A stretch of DNA of 64,000 bases. Source: Lama glama. Lineage: Eukaryota. The position numbers and the translations under genes are program-made. Positions 62,149 through 64,000 of this stretch are shown here, piece after piece (positions within the stretch are counted from its first letter, which is position 1; each line of letters opens with the position of its first letter). The stretch lies in assembly GCA_028534125.1 (NCBI GenBank), contig CM052816.1, positions 95,668,001-95,732,000 on the forward strand, in the 5' to 3' direction. The notes under the pieces are model-generated. The model worked only from the letters and a program-made list of their open reading frames with translations, was not told the DNA's origin and did not search any database.

Positions 62149-63104
62149 GAAACTTCTAGTGTGAAGACTTAAATTCAACATGACTCCAGCTAAATTTTGG
62201 ACCAGGAATTGAAGTAATTTTTTTTTAAAAGAAGATTGAGATTTTTCCTTGAGCTTCCACTCCAGCCCTAGAGGTCTGACCCAGAGCATGAAACAGGACC
62301 CCACATCTCCACCTGAGGGATGGACGGTGGGGAGTGACTGAAGAGAAAGGCAGTCATTTCTAGACTTTTAGATTTTGCAGATTTGTTTAAAGACAACCAC
62401 AACAATAGTTTTCCTTGAGGAATCTAACGTTGCCAGTGTCTTACTTTGTCATATAGAATGTTGAAAATAGAACAAAGTGAAACTAGTATCACCTACTATC
62501 TCTATAATTTCATAAAATAAAGTAGTAGGATGGGCATAATCTCAAAGTGATAACAATTCCTCCGAAGAAAAATAGTTGGCAAATTTATACCAACAAGGTA
62601 AGAAAAATAAGAGATTATTTAAAATATAGAATGCAGAGAAAATGCATTATACAACTTTATGTTGTATATTTTACTTTTACAGTAATTTTGTCCATTTGAG
62701 ACGATATATTTGATGCTGTGAAATAAAGGGACCCTTAATTACCCACTCATTCTGCATGGTGCTTTGCTTTGGTCACAGTTGCTGTTGAGAATTGGACTGG
62801 TATAGAGTTTTGATAGTATTTTACGTATTTGGAATCTTCTGTACAATTGGAGAGGAAGTTAAAGACAGTCTCTTTTTTCCAGTGGCGTCTCTCACTCTCC
62901 CTTTGCAGGGCAGGGAGAAGGCAGGCCAGATGCTTCGGGTTGCATGGTCTCCAAGGGGGCCAGTCTGGGGCCCCCAGGGTCCACCACAGACAAAGACAAT
63001 ACACCAGAGAGCAGCACCGGCGCCCAGGGAAGGATGGTCGGCAGGTGGGACGAGTCTGGTACAGCGGAGAGGGCCTGCGGCTCCTGATTCCAGGACCTCC
63101 GCTG

Positions 63105-63275
63105 GTTAGTGTCAGACTCAGGACGGCTTCCTTAACCTCTTGGGTTCTTTGTTTCCTTGTACGTAAAGTGAAAATCAGAGTAGTGCTACCTCATCGGGAT
63201 GCTGGATGGATTATCTGAGCAGTGATGTCTCTGAAGTTCTTAGGATCACTCTTGATGTGCCATAAACTCTCAAAA
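63105..63275 (+). mobile_element. MIR remnant
   Basis: cttccttaacctcttgggttctttgtttccttgtacgtaaagtgaaaat..ctacctcatcgggatgctgga. Confidence 0.7.
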
Positions 63276-64000
63276 GATGGCTGCAGGCCATCTTTATTCC
63301 CAGGCCAGATCGTTATCTGACAGATTAGTGATCAATGGAATTAATGGATGACCCGACGATAACAGGACACTGGTGATTTTCAGGCTTAGACGTGCTGTTT
63401 CATCAAGTCAGTATGTTTGTACCCAACAGACAGTGTGATTATCATCTGCTGTCTGCATATATCATTTCCTCCAGCTTAATTAACAAATCATTTCTTCATG
63501 TGCTAGAATTAAACTATTTAATTAATCAACCCAAGTAATCTTTGATTAGTGGCCTAGGGTTGAGATAAATTTACAGGTGAAATTTAATTTCTGGACATAC
63601 TGGTATTTATCTGCATTCATGCATCATATTTCAATTTTAGATGGAAAATTCCAAAGTTGTCATGGGGCCTTGAAAAAGAATAAGTGTGAAGGCTGTTTGG
63701 AAATACTTAAATGAGTACCTAATTCCAGCCTACGTATTCTGCTACCCGGAGTGATGGGTGGATAGAGATTATAATAAGGGTTTTGATTTTTGAATTATTA
63801 TTATTTTTGTAGTGTCTTGAACAGCAGGCTTTTTCAAAGGGGAAAATTATGAAAATTAGAACCTGTGACCGTAGATATGATCCTCTCCTTGTTAGTGTGA
63901 ACCACTCAGGAGAAGTCAATCTCCAGTCCAGCTAGTGGTGACAGTCTAGAAAATGAACGGTTGAACCCGGGGTCGGAATTGCATTGCTGTGTCCATTTGC

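Noticed and set aside
1..64000. tRNA, snoRNA and miRNA genes, and tRNA-derived young SINEs
   Set aside because: Several RTGATGA C-box-like words occur, but without convincing terminal stems and D boxes. I saw no cloverleaf or known mature miRNA. A tRNAscan-SE/Infernal Rfam scan would be decisive.

Overview
This is eukaryotic, mammalian genomic DNA, not prokaryotic. The youngest LINE-1 3' ends resemble camelid (alpaca/camel-type) L1, and I saw no Alu, Bov-A/Bov-tA or PRE-1 SINEs, so a camelid host is my inference. I recognise no host protein-coding exon, tRNA, rRNA or CRISPR array. The only ORFs I can assign are broken LINE-1 ORF2 fragments. The window is a repeat-rich intergenic or deep-intronic region containing solo LTRs (MER77/MER21-like, ERV1-like, MLT1/MLT2; several with readable target-site duplications), L1 copies of several ages, L2/MIR remnants, hAT DNA-transposon fossils (MER20, MER33, MER5A, MER53, MER91, Charlie) and simple repeats. 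Between them lie AT-rich, homeodomain/TCF-motif-rich blocks that look like conserved enhancers, two perfect CTCF cores and several plus-strand candidate non-coding exons. I found no convincing previously undescribed biological system. The best leads are retrotransposition footprints (two twin-primed L1 inversions, an internally deleted L1, a nested insertion), a candidate 3-nt microexon, a possible spliced lncRNA, a Thr-encoding higher-order minisatellite and regulatory motif clusters. Repeat family names come from recalled consensus sequences and need Dfam/RepeatMasker confirmation.
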